Positions 61,387 through 64,000 of a stretch of DNA of 64,000 bases are shown piece after piece. The first letter of the stretch is position 1, and each line of letters begins with the position of its first letter. The notes under the pieces are model-generated. The model searched no databases, was not told the origin of the DNA, and was given only the letters and a program-made list of their open reading frames with translations. Made by a program: the position numbers and the translations under genes. Source of the DNA: Raja brachyura (lineage: Eukaryota); contig OY740800.1 of assembly GCA_963514005.1 (NCBI GenBank), forward strand, positions 17,484,001-17,548,000, written 5' to 3'.

Positions 61387-61509
61387 CCTTACATTGAACA
61401 CCATTGCCTGTATATCCGGGTTTACAGATGCAGTTGTGACCTCCAACAGTATTAAAGCACAGAGCATTCTCATCACAGCTGTGTTGATCTGTGCTGCATT
61501 CATCGTGTT
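61387..61509 (-). CDS. NELL2: NELL2 internal coding exon (EGF-like domain), 123 bp, phase 1-1
   Basis: Minus strand reads ttcttattctcctcAG|AA CAC GAT GAA TGC...TGT AAG G|GTAAGT. It translates to (E)HDECSTDQHSCDENALCFNTVGGHNCICKPGYTGNGVQCK, matching recalled vertebrate NELL2 (EHDEC..QHNCDENALCFNTVGGHNCVCKPGYTGNG..CK) better than NELL1. Confidence 0.95.
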
Positions 61510-64000
61510 CTGAGGAGAATAAGAAGAAATAAAAAAAACATGAGTACTAAATAATAGATTACATTTCTAAACCTTGCCTCAAAGAAACAAAAAGCTATGA
61601 ATTTTGTTGGGAACATCAGTATTTACCACTGTAATGTCAGCAATTTAAAGACTTCCACCTGAGCACAGGTTCCTGAAATGGTAGTTAGGTTGCTAGCTGT
61701 CCCTCCTGCGAGCACGTTACACCAACTTCCCACCACCGATCTGCTCAAGCATCCTGCATCACAATGGACCTCAGACAGGGTGTGCTTTCCTATTGATTTC
61801 AATGGAGGGGAACAGCTACAAGGAACGTCTGATGAACAGACCCAATCTGAAATGTTCCCTATCCATGTTCTCCAGGGATGCTGTCTGACCCGTTGAATTA
61901 CTCCAGCACTTTGTGTCCTTCTTTGTAAACCAGTATCTGCATTTTCTTGTTTCTAACATAGACTTTGCACAATAATTTGTGACAATTTATTACAAACTTC
62001 ACTCTGGTCTAGTTACTTAATGTTTCTACGTGTTGGACTGTCAGGTTTTTTTGCAGTTTTGACAGGGTCTTTGCCTTGTTGCTTCTCATATGTTTATGTA
62101 CAGGGCTTGGTCTGTCATTCTTATGATCCCACTATGAAGCTGTAGGCCCAGTTGAACATATGTCAATAGGGCCCAATACTTCATGGTGGGTATCAGTCCT
62201 CGTCTGGACTCTAGTTCCCACCAGGGCAACTACCAAAGGTCAATCTGTGTTTTGTTTAGGGATCCCCAGTGAGCATATGCATCTCAGAGGATCCTTGGAT
62301 TCCAGACCTTTTTTTAGTTTGCTTTTCTTTTAATTTGGACACATTAAAACATTCTGAAGAATTCCAAATGTAAAATGTAAATTTAAATATTTCAGTTTCC
62401 CATGCATTTATCTGGGATTTCCTCAAGACAGATATATCTGTTCTGATGCTGTAGAGATCGTTCTAATTTATAAATTTGCGTTCTCAACATGAAGAAGTAC
62501 TCTTGAGATTGATTTGTGATCTTTTTTAGTAGGACCATAGTCGAGGGTTTCATTATTAATGGATAATGAGGAGCAAAGCTATGTGCAAAGTTTCAATGGT
62601 GGCATTGATATATTGTGAAATAATGTATTGAATTGATTGACACAGCGAATGAAAAAAACAACATGCTCGTATTGCATTCACTGTAAATATCATAAATAAA
62701 GAATATTCCTGGAATAAATTCCCAGTTAGTGGAGTTGAAACTTTCTCCATAACGGCATCTCTTTCTTCCCCTGGTTCTCAGAATAATCTTCCTGTTTTGT
62801 TTCAAGTTAAATGATAGCTCAGTTCCATTGTTAGTTACAAGGAGGTACATTTGTGGTAAATGAACAAAAATCTTCCTATAAATAATATTTTGCACGGTGA
62901 CTGATCCATTGTTCAAATGTTGGCAAACAAGGTTAAAAAAAATGTTTTATTGCCTGTTCTCATAATTTGGAGTTGCAATTATTGCTCAAGTCAGCTGAGT
63001 AATTTTTAAGGCAAATTCATGTAAACCAGAGGCAGACCAAAGTCAAAATTTAGTCATATATTCCCTTTCCTAATGAACACTTCCAACCCAAAACAGCAAA
63101 TGCTGGAAGAATTCAGCGGGTCAGGCAGCATTTGTGGAGGGAATGGAGAGACAATGTTTTTGATTGAGATCTTTGTTCAGAAAAGATTTCTGTTAATTTT
63201 CCACTGAACCAGTTATGTTGTTATTGTATTTTTGAGTGTCAGACCAAAAATTACCACCATTACTGGGGTTTGAAACACAGCACTAATTTTGCGTCTGAGC
63301 TTCACACAATGCCACTTAGTACTGCCTTCAGTATTCATGAGTGGAGTGAGACCAGTTTGGATTCTGACTTCCTTAAGTTTTATATATAGAATGTTCTATG
63401 TACGCACTGAAAATTAGGCCAAGTGATAATAATCTTATGTATTACAGGATGTCGGGGCAGCAGATGCTGCAATACCTACAAACCTGGAATATCTTTTTAA
63501 TCTTTAATTAAATGTCATAATTCACAGAATCGGGACCTGTATTATTCTGTCAATCCTTATCAGTTGAACTTCAATACTCTCCCTGGTCTCATGACAGTAA
63601 CACTATGGAATCAAATGTTGCTGTGGAAAGGTGAAGCCAAGGATTTGCATTATATAAGTGCGTCCAATTCCTCCATTTCTCTCTCCCTCAGCACCACCAT
63701 CTGATTAAAAATAATGTCACTGAAGTGTAACCCAGAACACGCGAGGTCCCTGCATGGAGGTCTGTGCATAGGAATGACGGCTATGTATTCTTGACACCAA
63801 AGGCAGAGGATCACAGTAAAGCAAGATGGTGCCATCATTAATGTTAAAAATATCATAATTGTTACTTTTGACTGCATCCCGATTTGCATGCATATTAGTT
63901 TAATTTAATGTATGAACGATATGCCATTGAAATGGTTACATTGTTTTCAAAATGTAAAAAGCTACAGGTAATTGGATATTATGATATTTCCATTCCAAAA

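Overview
This is eukaryotic, repeat-rich intronic DNA, most likely from a cartilaginous fish (skate/ray-like). That assignment is inferred from the HE1/V-SINE, CR1/HER1, Penelope and Rex1/Babar repeat content. The window lies within a minus-strand NELL2 gene: two small EGF-domain exons (61387-61509 and 27766-27861), missed by the ORF track, are separated by a 33.5 kb intron. The introns hold two full-length but decayed DIRS1-type tyrosine-recombinase retrotransposons from different subfamilies (19165-23153 minus; 35380-40632 plus). Each has inverted termini, an internal complementary region (ICR), an ATT crossover site and gag / RT-RNaseH-methyltransferase / YR ORFs. Also present are a non-autonomous Helitron with 48-bp minisatellites, a Penelope-like element and many hammerhead-like pLTR remnants, Harbinger- and hAT-like MITEs, CR1 and Rex1 LINE fragments, tRNA-derived SINEs and microsatellites. 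The most interesting observation is a set of splice signals conserved between the two divergent DIRS copies, which predicts that the recombinase is made by splicing out the whole pol ORF. Repeat-fragment boundaries are approximate unless stated as exact.
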